64,000 nt of DNA from Cyanidioschyzon merolae (taxonomy: Eukaryota): assembly GCA_000091205.1 (NCBI GenBank), contig AP006499.2, one strand, 5' to 3'. A program made the position numbers and the translations under genes. How positions within the stretch are numbered: position 1 is the stretch's first letter; every line of letters begins with the position of its first letter. The notes below the pieces were generated by a model, which saw only the letters and a program-made list of their open reading frames with translations, searched no databases and had not been told where the DNA came from. Below, piece by piece: positions 52,790 through 64,000 of this stretch.

Positions 52790-53810
52790 CTGCTAGTTCA
52801 AATTTTTACGAACATGGGTAGATATACAGAAAGTCCAAGTCACGCAGTAATGGCTTACGAATTCCTAAGCGGGTGTAGGAATCTCACTCGTGGTTCCGGA
52901 GAATCTGCTTTGACATTTTTGCCCATGGAATTCTTCGCGTCACCGGAATCCATGTGATTTGCAATGTCCTCGAGCACGCGTTCGTAAAATAACCAATAGT
53001 ATGACCCAAATCATATGTGCAAGCGTGCACGCTACTCAATTCCTTACGTAGAGCACGCTCAAATCCCATATGCTTCAATGCTGCGAGTGCTCCATCTTAT
53101 TGCAACGCGGGAGTTCAGCGATTCACGTTGCCAGATTGACGAGGAAGAGTACTCAATGACGTCCCCGGACGATACGATTATAGGCTCACGCTGAAAGATT
53201 CATGAACATTTCAGATCGAGGAGTCGATTGCTCTCGAAAGGCGAATCCTCATCTGTTTGACGCCATCGATGATACGGTACTCTAAAGCAACATGCTACCT
53301 GTAATGGTATAGGTTCCCAAGCACTTGCACATCTTTTGCATGCACGAAACCGGATACTGGACACGGATTTAAGGCATCGCTGGAATCGCATCCACTGGAG
53401 AGCGCGTTACCGCTTTGCCGGATGCGAGCGTAGAGGCATCGAAATTGCTCGATTTGATTTCCAGCTCGGATTTGCCTTCCGGTACTCGTTTCATCAAGGC
53501 CAAGATCGCTTTCCGCAAAACCTCTATCGAAGGACTTGCGTGCTCTTGCGTGTGCAGCGTACAGAGTACTCACGTTGTGCATCGCCCAGAACAAGTCTAT
53601 GATCGTAGGATACGTCACCGGGTAAAGAAATAGAGACGGACTTTGAAGCGATCCTTTTGTGCGCGTCAAGAGCAAGTGCCGGGCGACGAAACAAGGGTTC
53701 ACACCTCCAGCAAGGCGCACAGAGGCCGAGGCACAGTGAACGTACGAGAACACGTGTCTGTTTTCAAGCGTCACCGTACCGAAGGTCGTATCGAGGCTCC
53801 AAATAAAAAT
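52790..53810 (-). repeat. dispersed ~1-kb non-coding repeat family, copy C (inverted relative to A and B)
   Basis: Reverse-complement alignment to copy B over its whole length (see copy B). The left part (52870-53100) also aligns directly with copy E (27740-27960). Confidence 0.7.
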
Positions 53811-54331
53811 TGATGCAAATATCTGGTGAAGCGTAGATTGCAACTACCGTCCGTGCATTCAATCCGTAGAAATCAACCGGGAGGTGCGAAATCCGGATTT
53901 TGACGCTGCCAACGACGTTTTTCGAGTGCGAACAACAGATGTAGAGGGAAAGGAGACACGGATACGTCCCAAGTCGGGAGTAAACGATTTGGAAAGGACG
54001 CAGCCCCCGAACAATCGACCAAATTCTGGTATCCATGACATAACGAAGAGATCATAGCTTAAGCGTCAACGCTCGTGTTCGGTAAGCAGTCCTTTCCGAT
54101 TTGATGCCGACTCGGGTAAAGGCGTCACAAAATCCGAGCATCTGCGTCTGCGGAGCAATCGGCCCAAGATCAGTCGATCGATCGATCGATCGATCATTCC
54201 AGGTCGATGTCATGGCATTTCTAGATATGTATCTCTTATTCCCAAAAATACATTTATGTACGGAATTTAGCTCAGCATGATGGGTCCCGCTGCCGGGAGC
54301 GCCATCACCGTTCATCTTTGAATGGACGGCT

Positions 54332-55861
54332 ATGAAAGACATCCGCAACCCATGCGGTTTGCTCACCGTCGGACGTGATCCTGCCCCGGGCATATCCACA
54401 ATAACCTCGTTCCTCAAGCCACCGCGCTCCTGTTTTAAGTCAAGTGCGGCACCCTGGCACAAAAACATGGAGAGAGGCGCCTTCGCATTCACGTCCTCGT
54501 CTCCAATGAACCCGGGTGGTCGATTACTTTCATCTGGCTTGGGATCAGAATCACACGCAACGGAACCTGCTGTTCACTACGACGATAGTTTGCGACTCTC
54601 CGCAGTTGGTCTCGACGCTGTGTATCACGTGCGCACTACAAGCGCGTCTGCTGGCCAAAGTGAAAACTCAGCGGACTCGAGATTCATAGGGCCAGCGTCC
54701 GCCATACTACGAGCACGAAGGACGGGAGTCTCTGCCTGGAATAACGGCTCGTCCGTGTACGAAAAGTCTTCGTTCACCCAATCCGGTTGGCTGGGTCGGA
54801 CGGCGCCCTCGGAGGAGAGCGCCGAGCCGGACTCGTCCTCGGTGTCGTCGCTTGCTGTAGCGAACACGGTACGCGCTTTGGTGCACCCGCTGTACGTCTC
54901 GGCGCTGTCGGGACTGCGTTGGTTGGGCACTTTCCGCGGCGTACAAGCGTTCCGCTCGCGCTTGCTTTCCTATAATATGCTGAACAGTGATGAGGCTGTT
55001 GAGCGGGCGGTTACAACCTGCTGTGCGCAAGCTGGTTGCGAGCCGGTCACGCCCACGCTGAAATCAACAACCTCTGTGGATCGCGAGCTGCGCGCACTCA
55101 TCAACAAACTGTTTGTGCGCCACCTGTCTAACGACGGGCGCTGGGTAGACTATCAAGCACTAATGCTGGACAAGGACTTTGTCAATTTTGTGAGTCTGAC
55201 GCGTGGCCTCCGAGACCTGGACGTTCTCGAGATGAGCCGAGCGCGCCGCCTCGCGTTTTTCCTCAATATATATAATGCGCTCCTTATCCATGCGATAACG
55301 ATCCTGGGCCGACCACGTAGCTTCGTTGCACGCTTCCGATTCTTCCAGACTGCTTCGTACTGTATAGGCGGTCATTTGTACAGCTTGAATGATATCGAGA
55401 ATGGCGTTTTACGAGGGAATCGGGCACCTCCGTATCCTTTTGCTTCGAAACCTTTCGGCGAGCTTGGCTCTGGCGACATTAGAGCACAAGCGATGATCAC
55501 TGGCGGCGATCCGCGCATCCATTTTGGCCTCAATTGTGGGGCGCGCTCGTGTCCGCCCATTCGGGCTTACGACGAGTCTAACGTGGACCAGGCGCTGGAG
55601 GCTGCCACCGCGAACTTTATACGGGACAACGTGAAAATAGTCTCCGAGAATCATGTTGAACTCAGTCGAATTTTCTTATGGTACGCATCAGACTTTGGAT
55701 CAAACGTGATCTGGTGGATTCTCAAACACTGGCCCCTGAAAACCGAAGAGGATATGCAGAACTACCGACGAATTGTACAATGGGTAGAGAGCGGCCAACT
55801 CCGTATCACGTATTCAAAGTATGATTGGGCTTTGAACGAGGTCACCGAGAATGAGCGCTGA
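54332..55861 (+). CDS. DUF547-domain protein
   Basis: ATG verified at 54332. The block RRLAFFLNIYNALLIHAITILGRP...YCIGGHLYSLNDIENGVLRGN...IHFGLNCGARSCPPIRAY is the DUF547 hallmark (AFW(I/L)N-x-YNAL, conserved CP-x-I). The N-terminal half is Ser-rich and low in complexity. Confidence 0.7.
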   Translation: MKDIRNPCGLLTVGRDPAPGISTITSFLKPPRSCFKSSAAPWHKNMERGAFAFTSSSPMNPGGRLLSSGLGSESHATEPAVHYDDSLRLSAVGLDAVYHVRTTSASAGQSENSADSRFIGPASAILRARRTGVSAWNNGSSVYEKSSFTQSGWLGRTAPSEESAEPDSSSVSSLAVANTVRALVHPLYVSALSGLRWLGTFRGVQAFRSRLLSYNMLNSDEAVERAVTTCCAQAGCEPVTPTLKSTTSVDRELRALINKLFVRHLSNDGRWVDYQALMLDKDFVNFVSLTRGLRDLDVLEMSRARRLAFFLNIYNALLIHAITILGRPRSFVARFRFFQTASYCIGGHLYSLNDIENGVLRGNRAPPYPFASKPFGELGSGDIRAQAMITGGDPRIHFGLNCGARSCPPIRAYDESNVDQALEAATANFIRDNVKIVSENHVELSRIFLWYASDFGSNVIWWILKHWPLKTEEDMQNYRRIVQWVESGQLRITYSKYDWALNEVTENER

Positions 55862-58793
55862 GCTCATGGCGTACTCGAAATATTGCACTGTTTGGAGCCG
55901 AGGCAGGATCGCTCCGTTTGAAGAGAACGCTCATGGAGCATCCCTTTCGGATAGCAGTGGAAGAGTTGTTGGACAAGAAAGCAGGTGCGGCCGCTTTTAC
56001 ATGAGTGTATGCGTGCGTGTCTGTGTAATTTAGCTGAAAACAGCATACCAATGCCAAGTAGTCGAGTGGGGAAATCGCTTCCCTGTCCAATACGACGCTC
56101 GACAGGTTCGTATTCCCGTAGACGCGGTACGTGATGTGGATTCTTGGTGGCAGGCGACGCGCTCACCTTGAGAAAAAGCATGCGGCACGATCTTGCAGTG
56201 CGCTAGCGACAAGCCGCATATGCCGTAAATGAGTTCTCTTCCCAGTATACAAGAAAATGCAACAGAAACTGCACTAGCAAGTGCGCATCGGTCACCGAAG
56301 AGCCCCCATCAAACGCAAAGCGCCGTTCGCTGGTGCGCTTGCACCCGCTTGGTGCCCCCAGGAGACTCGCGACGCTGTGTTGAGAGCGCAGCCTCACATC
56401 GGTACTTGGTACCCGAAATCTGCATGTGTACTGCCGCCTCGTTCTCATGCGTCAGTGAAATCACTGATGCCACTGAGCGCAGGTCGAGCCCGCAACGCTT
56501 CACGCTGCCCAAGCAATTCCGAATGTCGAGTTCGTCTGCGTCGATTCGTCTGATCGCACTGGATACCTGCCGTCGCTGCAAACACGTATTCAGGGATGCG
56601 CACTGCCGTCATCGGAAGGCCACCGAACGGTAAAAACTTTAGCTGGCGTACGGCTTTCTATTGCTCATACGGAGACTAGACAAAACTATCAGAGATATCC
56701 GCTCGGCGCTAACGAGTTCGAGGCATTGGCTGATCTCGAGACTCGTTTCCGTACAATGCAGATGGAATCGAGTGCGCACAAAAATACATTTACACGACAT
56801 GCAGTCATTCGGAATGAAGCCGGTGACGTTTTCATTACAAATAACCGAATGTTACAGCCAGTTTGCGGCATGAGCTGGTGTCGTGAGCGCGCACAGAGAC
56901 TCCATCTGGTGCACGTCGCACCAAAGCAGTGCATGTGACAGCTGAGAAGATGCTTCAGGGCGCACTTTATGCGCTTCATGAGGACGATCTCCGAACCGCA
57001 AACACACGCAACGTCTCCTCCTGCCGCCGCTGTCGATCGATGCTTTGGACCCAATCAAAAATCATCGCTCAAAGTAGCGACCAGGAGCATCTTATGCATT
57101 CGCTTTCCAACCAGAGGATATCGGAAACATGGCCTGTTGGCCTAGAGCGTCGCTATGCTCTTTCGAGGAAAGCGATGCAAACACGAGACCAGACCCGCAC
57201 GCTCGGAGCGTACCAACAGATCACAGGGACGGATCACGCCAACGCAGCAAGTCTTGATGTCGAGCGATTGCATTGCCGGTCTGCAGTGACATCGCATCCA
57301 GGCAGACATCTCTTCTGTAGACGCCTTGTTACCGTCCAGCGAGGCACGATCCAAGCACAGTCCGCTGCATTCACATCGAATGATCGCCCATGCTGTCCTT
57401 GTTATCGAACGCTCACAGCGTACTGTTCTGTGCCTCCTCCAGCAGGCCTATATGCGCATAGCGCGTATCGACCCGGAGCCTGATGTTCTACATCTGGAGC
57501 CAACGCACGCAAAGGCAACAAAAAGCAGTCCTGTTTGCGCACTGCGTCATTGGTGACGTAACTAGTACGTGAGCATGCACGTGCAGTACACGTCACCGCC
57601 ACAGCGTTGCACGAGCAATGCAACCTTAGTACCCAAGGAGTGCATTGCTCGGGAGGACGTGCAACGTGAAAAGGTTTGCGGTGCAGTTGTACAATAATAC
57701 CGTGTCCACCAACGATAAAAGCGGCTCCGGAGAAACTCCAACATATTCACGGTTCGTTCACCAGGAGAAATCTCATCAGTAATGGAGCCATCGATGGCGT
57801 TTCTCGAAACGTGACGTTCTCGGGCCTTCACGCGCGCCCTGAGGCGTTTCAAGAAGCTGAACTCGAGCGTCACTTAGTGTTGAAAAAGGTCTTGTTCTCC
57901 GGCTTGCTTCCCGTATACAGCGCGCGTCGTTCCTGAGCGCTGGAATCAGCCGGAGCAAATTGCAGTGCAATAGCCAACGAGTCTACCGGATACAAATTCC
58001 TGTTTTTCAGGTAGACAGCGGCAGCGGTACCAGTCTGCTCAAGTAGCCGGAATAGCCAGCTCGCACTGTCACTAGACAGGGCAAAAATAAATTTTCCGTT
58101 CCATACTCTGCGGTGTCAGTCTTCGAAATCCGTGAGGGTGCTACCGGCAGCAAGGGGTGCAATTCACGTACGCACGAAGCGTGCCGCTGTTATCACTGAC
58201 ACACGGTGCCGGGAACAACCAGGAGTCCGGCCCGTGCCGTACCCAAAAATCTGCTCCAACTGCTGACCCGCGCACTAAATTTCTTGTCATATGGTTCTTC
58301 AGCTTCATCAAACTCGAGTCGCACTTCCACAAAGGAGTCCACTTTGCCCATATGCTATTTCCTGCACGGGTACACTGCAGAACTTCATCGCGAAGTGCAC
58401 AAGCGTCCAACCTGAGCAAGAGGTCTCCGGCGGGAAACTGCAGCCAGACACCCTTATCTTTATGGTGCACAAATCCTTTTTCGAACCAGGTTCCCACGAG
58501 ATCCGTCAACGCCTCTAGTCCCCGAAAACATGCAAGGCGCGACGCTGGTATGCGTCACCGCTCCGCACGTGGCTACAAACCCGCACGCGCTACGGAAGCC
58601 TGCACAGTGCGTTGGACATGATTTGTCCATGTTGAAACATTTGATATCGTATTAAGACGAATCCACCAGACATGAACAGTTATCTGTCCGTTTCGTATCA
58701 TCATTTTCAGTATTTTCCGATATCAAACTTCTCCGCTGGTGGCGGCCTCCAGGGCGAGACTGCAGCTGGCATCGCGCGGCTCATCGGGGCAGC

Positions 58794-58813
58794 GGAATCT
58801 TCGACGGGTTTCC
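58794..58813 (+). promoter_or_regulatory. heat-shock-element-like motif upstream of HSP60
   Basis: ggaatcttcgacgggtttcc contains inverted nGAAnnTTCn units (GAAtcTTC) plus a nearby TTTCC. It sits about 170 bp upstream of the HSP60 ATG. A second, imperfect GAAgcaTTC lies at about 58848. This is a motif-level observation only. Confidence 0.25.
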
Positions 58814-58981
58814 GCGGACGCACGCCGCTGGGACGCCATCCTAGACGGAAGCATTCTAGGTACCGCTGGCCCCAGCACGACCCGGGTGTGTGCGTAGGTG
58901 CATTCGACGTGTGTCGTACGAGGGTACAGAGCTTCAAGTATTTTGCTCGTTGAAGGATCTTTGTTCAGGGTACACAAAACG

Positions 58982-59518
58982 ATGCAAAGCATTGCCTGCT
59001 CTGGTACAGTGCAGTCACTGAGACGCCTGGTCTCCGTCGGTACGCTGGGGTGCGCACAGGCTTCATCACGACGCTGGCTCGCTAGCGGCAAGGACCTTCG
59101 CTTCGGCTCAGAGGCAAGAAACCTGATGCTTCGCGGTGTAGATCTGTTGGCAGACGCCGTCCAGACGACCCTGGGTCCCAAGGGAAGGAACGTGGTCATC
59201 GACATGAGCTACGGATCCCCGAAGATCACCAAGGACGGTGTCACCGTTGCACGAAACATCGAGTTCCGCGACAAGCACCTGAATTTGGGCGCACAGCTCG
59301 TGCGGGCGGTGGCCTCGGCAACGAATGATGCAGCAGGTGACGGAACTACGACGGCGACTGTACTGACACGAGCTATTTTCACGGAAGGTGTGAAAGCGGT
59401 AGCAGCGGGCCTAAATCCTATGGATCTCAAACGTGGCATTGATCTGGCCGTAGAGAAGGTGCTCGAAAAGCTCAAGGAATATTCGAAGGAGATCGGCGGC
59501 AAGAATGAAATCAAACAA
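58982..59518 (+). CDS. HSP60: mitochondrial chaperonin HSP60, exon 1 (presequence plus N-terminal equatorial domain)
   Basis: [24 protein letters not shown] is a basic, hydroxylated presequence. It is followed by the conserved [37 protein letters not shown]...[11 protein letters not shown] block. The exon ends ...KNEIKQ, immediately followed by gtaagt (donor at 59519). Confidence 0.9.
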
Positions 59519-59783
59519 GTAAGTTTACGATGATGCAGCGGGCAACGACTCGACACGAACGATAGGATGGCCGGGGGGCGGCAGCCGTGCTGGGCCCCGC
59601 CGCCTCCCTCCGATGAAATCCTGAAGCGGCTCACTTGACCGCTCATGCAGTTTTGTCATAGTTACGCTGATCGTTCACGTCGACGCGCTGTCTACATGTG
59701 GGATACAAGGCCTTGTAGGGCCTGTACAGAGCAATCGAATCAGAACAAGCAAACTAACCGTGCGTGGGAGAAACGCCTTGTAG

Positions 59784-61007
59784 GTCGCAACAATCAGTGC
59801 AAATGGTGATGAGAAGATTGGCGAACTCATTGCAGAGGCTATGGACAAGGTTGGTCGCGAAGGAACCATTACGGTTGCGGACGGCAAGACCCTTACCGAT
59901 GAACTGGAAGTCGTCGAAGGCATGCGTTTTGATCGTGGCTACATCTCGCCGTACTTCATCACGGATGCCAAAAGTCAGAAATGCGAACTCGAGGATGTTC
60001 TGATTTTAACAGCGGAAAAGAAGGTGAGCAGCTTACAGTCCATTCTGCCGCTGCTGGAGCAGGTCGTCAAGGCACGACGTCCACTGCTCATCATTGCGGA
60101 AGACGTGGACTCCGAGGCGCTCGCTACCCTCGTTGTGAACAAGCTGCGCGGTGGCATTCAGGTCTGTGCAGTGAAGGCGCCAGGTTTTGGTGATAATCGC
60201 AAAGCGAACCTCATGGACATCGCTACGCTCACCGGTGGTGAAATGGTCTCCGATGAGCTCGATGTCAAGTTAGAGGACATGACCATTCATCGCCTCGGCA
60301 CCGCGAAGAAAGTCACTGTTAGCAAGGATGATACCATCATTCTTGACGGCGGCGGCGACAAGATGCAGGTCCAGAATCGCTGTGAGCAGATCCGTGCGGC
60401 AATCGAGAATGCGACCTCCGAGTATGAGAAAGAGAAACTTCAAGAGCGTTTAGCGAAACTTACCGGTGGCGTCGCCGTCATCAAGGTAGGTGGCGCTAGC
60501 GAAGTCGAGGTCGCTGAAAAGAAGGACCGCATTACGGACGCGCTGAATGCAACGCGTGCTGCCGTCGAGGAAGGTATCGTAGCTGGTGGCGGCACTGCGC
60601 TCCTGCGGGCAGGCAAAGATGCACTCGAGAACCTCCAAGGAAAAACCTTTGACCAGAACGTAGGTATCGATATTGTCCGCAAGGCGTTGCGAGTGCCCTG
60701 TATGGCGATCGCTCAAAACGCTGGCCATGAAGGCTCTGTCGTCGTCGAGAAAGTCCTCACGAGTTCCGATAAGAACCTCGGCTTCGACGCCGCTACCGGC
60801 AAGTATTGTGACCTCATCGCATCGGGTATCATTGATCCAACCAAGGTCGTGCGCACGGCGCTAGAGCGAGCGAGCAGTGTGGCAGGGCTCATGACCACCA
60901 CCGAGTGCATGGTTGTGGAACTCCCCAAGGAGGAAGCGAAAGCGTTTGGAGGTGCTGGCGGCGGCGGTGGCGGCATGGGTGGTATGGACAATATGGATAT
61001 GTATTGA
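59784..61007 (+). CDS. HSP60: mitochondrial chaperonin HSP60, exon 2
   Basis: Acceptor ttgtag at 59778-59783. The exon resumes in phase 0 with [31 protein letters not shown], contiguous with exon 1 by homology (..[13 protein letters not shown]..). It ends with the GGM repeat tail [19 protein letters not shown]. The intron at 59519-59783 is 265 bp. Confidence 0.9.
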   Translation, partial: VATISANGDEKIGELIAEAMDKVGREGTITVADGKTLTDELEVVEGMRFDRGYISPYFITDAKSQKCELEDVLILTAEKKVSSLQSILPLLEQVVKARRPLLIIAEDVDSEALATLVVNKLRGGIQVCAVKAPGFGDNRKANLMDIATLTGGEMVSDELDVKLEDMTIHRLGTAKKVTVSKDDTIILDGGGDKMQVQNRCEQIRAAIENATSEYEKEKLQERLAKLTGGVAVIKVGGASEVEVAEKKDRITDALNATRAAVEEGIVAGGGTALLRAGKDALENLQGKTFDQNVGIDIVRKALRVPCMAIAQNAGHEGSVVVEKVLTSSDKNLGFDAATGKYCDLIASGIIDPTKVVRTALERASSVAGLMTTTECMVVELPKEEAKAFGGAGGGGGGMGGMDNMDMY

Positions 61008-61892
61008 AGATGCGAATGCATACGATGTTTTACACGTTGTTGATTCTCCGCTAGAAACCCTAGACAGCGCGTAAACTTAGGTACCGGACGCTGTGCGCGG
61101 GTTGCTTTTGTTTCGGCGTCGCTCAGGCCACACGTCTCGATCAGTGTCCATCAGACGGCACTTCCTATTCGTCGGTGGCTCTTGGCATCGTTGAGGCGAT
61201 GACGCGAGCCACTGATATATGTGTGTGTGTACGAAGGTATCCATCATTGCGACTCGGGAGGACGGACCCTGCTGCATGAGCGTGTCTCGGTTGCTGTTGC
61301 TGCCGCGGCGGGGCAGTCGTACGAACGACATACCGCATCCTCTGTTTTTCATTTGTGTGTCGACTGGATCACCCCGCTGTTTCCAGGAATAAGCCAGCGA
61401 CGAATGCGTCGACAGAATTCCACGGTATTCGCTGTCTCCCGCTAACCAGGACGCTACGCCTCGTAACGAGTATCGCCAGAACAAGGTCCACAGATGGAAG
61501 AAAATCCTCAAGATTGCTTGCGTTTGAGGATGCTCTCTCCCGGTGCCTCCAGCAATGCAGAAACCAGCGATGATGGTAGCCATCGTACAATTGTCGATGG
61601 CAATGCATCATGCACCGGCGATGCAGCGACGTTCCGTCTGTAACATATCCTTGGCGACGCATCTGTATCGATTGATACCCATATCGTCTCTAAACAGTGA
61701 CCTGACCTAGTAGCGTGCTGTTGCTCCCGATGTGACTCGAGCTAGAAACTCGCCTCATAACGTCACATCATCTGTAATTGGGACGTTTCACGAACCCTAT
61801 ACGAACCTTGGGTATCGAGTCCAGCAGCAGCGCTCTGCATCCTCGAGAAGCACCGCGCGTTCGATCGCTCGCCACCACAAGCCAGGTCATAC

Positions 61893-62888
61893 TCAACTCG
61901 AGTACGATTCATCAGGTGATCGCTGCCTTTGAGCGTGCGGGTTTCCTTCCAGATACCAAAAGCTTGAGGATATCTCTAGCTTTGGCGGCTGCGAGCTTGC
62001 CTCGCTGGATGCAAGTGTTCCCCTGGCAAGCTGATCCGCCATGCGCAGCGGCTCCGGCAGTCGATGCTCCCTCGCAGCCGCATACACGAGCGCCACTGCT
62101 CTACTGAGGTCTATCCCGTGCCCAATGGACACATAGATGGGGTTCACTGCCCGTTTCCCAGTACGCACCGCCGCCCCTAATACCTCATCCACATAAAGCG
62201 ACGATTCGCCGGGATTCCCGTTCCCGAGTCGCTGCGAAAGCGCGTCTCTGGCTTTGGCATCGCATGGTCGCCAGCGCATACACAACGGTAGCACGGTCAA
62301 CTGTTCCACTTGCATGACATGCCGGATATCTCGCTCGCTCGGGTAGAGCATTCGTCCTTGCCAGGTGCCAGTTACTGGGGAGTTTTGCGACGCCACCAGA
62401 GCCGCCAACGCCGGTATACATGGTGCCCTGTGCCCCTGCAGGGTATTCGCAAACCAGTGATAGGTTTTAGCGACGCCAATGGTGCGAACACCGCACTCAA
62501 CGCCGATAGCGCTCGCTAGTCCAAAGCGACGCGGGTGCAGGATCCCGTTCCCGTCCACGAGCAACACATCCAGGTCCTGTCTGTGCCTCAGCACCAGCGA
62601 CCGCACAAGAGGTGCTTCCCTGTAAGCCAGAAACGCCGGTACGTACGGAGGCACCTGTGCTGGGTTCTGGTGTTCCACGGCACCCAAGCGGCCCGGTATG
62701 ACGAGTGCTGCGGTGCAGGGCACGCGGTCCCAGGCGACGTCCACACCGGCGAGGCGCAGCTGCTCCAGGTCGCTCTTAGTCGTTGCCGGGGCGCTTCCCG
62801 TTGTCTGGATCCAAGATCGTTGCACAAGGTAGCTTTTCTCGATCTGTTCAAGTTCCCAGCCGGTCAAATTGAGTGACGAATCTGCCAT
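61893..62888 (-). CDS. ENDOV: endonuclease V (deoxyinosine 3' endonuclease)
   Basis: GVDVAWDR...VPAFLAYREAPL...LLVDGNGILHPRRFGLASAIGVECGVRTIGVAKTYH...PIYVSIGHGIDL...HRLPEPLRMADQLAR matches the EndoV catalytic core (Y-x-PG-x-L-x-FRE, VDG-x-G-x-HPR, GVAK, S-x-GH, R-x-PEP-x-R-x-AD). The ORF-track start at 62960 is a TTG; the first ATG is MADSSLN (cat at 62886-62888). Confidence 0.75.
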   Translation of the reverse strand: MADSSLNLTGWELEQIEKSYLVQRSWIQTTGSAPATTKSDLEQLRLAGVDVAWDRVPCTAALVIPGRLGAVEHQNPAQVPPYVPAFLAYREAPLVRSLVLRHRQDLDVLLVDGNGILHPRRFGLASAIGVECGVRTIGVAKTYHWFANTLQGHRAPCIPALAALVASQNSPVTGTWQGRMLYPSERDIRHVMQVEQLTVLPLCMRWRPCDAKARDALSQRLGNGNPGESSLYVDEVLGAAVRTGKRAVNPIYVSIGHGIDLSRAVALVYAAAREHRLPEPLRMADQLARGTLASSEASSQPPKLEISSSFWYLEGNPHAQRQRSPDESYSS

Positions 62889-63611
62889 AAGTCTCCGAAC
62901 GAATGGAGTAGCGACGGCAGCAGCGCTTCCGTCGGCGCTCGCGCAGGCTTCACCGGACAAGTCGTCTGGTCACCAGCACTGTGTTTGTTGGTATGCTCAT
63001 ACAAGCGACGTTCCATACGAAGCCCATTTGGCTACCAGAAATGAATACAACTGAAACATGGAACGCGCAGTCGTAGCTAGACGCAAGTGGAGCGTCAAGA
63101 ACAAGTTCTTTCAATCGTAGTAGTGAACGCGGGTGCTTTGGTTTGTGCGCATATGTTAGGCTGTTTTTGTTTTCGTGGCGGAAGCGTTTTCGGGAGGAAG
63201 CAGCTTGCTCCATCGACAACATCGAGTCGAAAGTCACGATGAATGAAAGACCGCAGGTGCGGTCATCAGGATGACGTCTCAGCGTCCTTCGCGCACGCCT
63301 CCGAGAACAATGTGTCTGGCATAGCATCGCAGCACTGAAGCAGTTTGATGGGCACCCATGTAAGAAGGTAATGGAACGGATCCATTTCTCTAACTCGGAC
63401 GTGCACGCTGAAATTTGTGTCTCTTCCAAGGATCAGCAGCACCAGACGATGCGGACTTTTTTTTCTGCGACTGCATCGTTTTCTACTCCCATATCTCGAG
63501 ATGAGAAAACGCCGGTTATTCCTTTCGCTAACAGCTGCGCTGTCAGCAATGGAAGCGTGTTGACGGCAGTGTTCAAGTCCCAACTTTGCTACGATCGGCT
63601 GTTTTCCATGT

Positions 63612-63900
63612 CATTCCCGCACAGGTACAAGTTGCGATCTACGCTGTGCTCGATACACTCATCTGTTTCGTATACAGGCTCGTCATTCCCGCACAGGTAC
63701 AAGTTGCGATCTACGCTGTACTCGATACACTCATCTGTTTCGTATACAGGCTCGTCATTCCCGCACAGGTACAAGTTGCGATCTACGCTGTACTCGATAC
63801 ACTCATCTGTTTCGTATACAGGCTCGTCATTCCCGCACAGGTACAAGTTGCGATCTACGCTGTACTCGATACACTCATCTGTTTCGTATACAGCCTCAGC
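63612..63900. repeat. tandem repeat, 4 copies of a 72-bp unit (window-edge)
   Basis: cattcccgcacaggtacaagttgcgatctacgctgtactcgatacactcatctgtttcgtatacaggctcgt repeats with period 72, starting at 63612, 63684, 63756 and 63828. On the minus strand it reads as 24-aa repeats EPVYETDECIEYSVDRNLYLCGND inside a 122-codon ORF. Confidence 0.9.
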
Positions 63901-64000
63901 GCGCGCTTTGCACTGTCGACCCTTGGCTGCGGTCAGGTGTTTCCGCGTGTCCATCACAGCATCTCCTCGTTCTACGAGCGCCTCGGTATACCACGTGAAC

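Noticed and set aside
1-64000. tRNA, rRNA or snRNA genes
   Set aside because: Scanning for T-loop (GGTTCGAATCC-like) and other signatures found nothing convincing. Weak resemblances, such as catcgctcggtac to a U2 5' end, did not extend.

Overview
This is a GC-rich, intron-poor stretch of eukaryotic nuclear DNA. Only one intron could be shown directly, in HSP60. I call about 18 protein-coding genes, mostly single long exons. The ORF track treats GTG and TTG as start codons, so several starts were moved to the first in-frame ATG. Recognised genes are:
- a tetraspanin-like protein
- an omega-amidase (NIT2-type nitrilase)
- an R2R3-Myb protein
- a protein with two PG_binding_1-like repeats
- a 7-kb fungal URA2-type CAD gene (GATase-CPSase-degenerate DHOase-ATCase)
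- an SDR/epimerase-like protein
- a CIAO1-like WD40 protein
- a mitochondrial carrier
- a YlxR/DUF448-like small protein
- an ABC1/UbiB kinase
- a Rad3/XPD-family Fe-S helicase
- an SLC37/GlpT-type phosphate-sugar transporter
- a pentapeptide-repeat protein
- a duplicated ArAE/FUSC/ALMT-type membrane protein
- a DUF547 protein
- mitochondrial HSP60 (two exons)
- endonuclease V
No tRNA or rRNA genes were recognised. There are three main accessory signals. (1) A lower-GC island of about 2.6 kb (~37860-40480) sits between the helicase and the transporter genes. It carries a 558-codon ORF with the zinc-ribbon and RuvC-III RDxNAAxNI signature of the TnpB/Fanzor family of RNA-guided nucleases. The ORF also has a GxDP RuvC-I motif and an in-frame 75-bp triplication just before that motif. 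This makes it a candidate eukaryotic Fanzor-type element with a possible guide-RNA region at the 3' end of the ORF. (2) A diverged, non-coding dispersed repeat family of about 1 kb is present in four copies, arranged as two inverted pairs. One pair brackets four genes (19755-28450). The other brackets the large ALMT-like gene (46500-53810). (3) There are several minisatellites (units of 73, 119, 72 and 75 bp) and alternating purine-pyrimidine microsatellites in intergenic regions.
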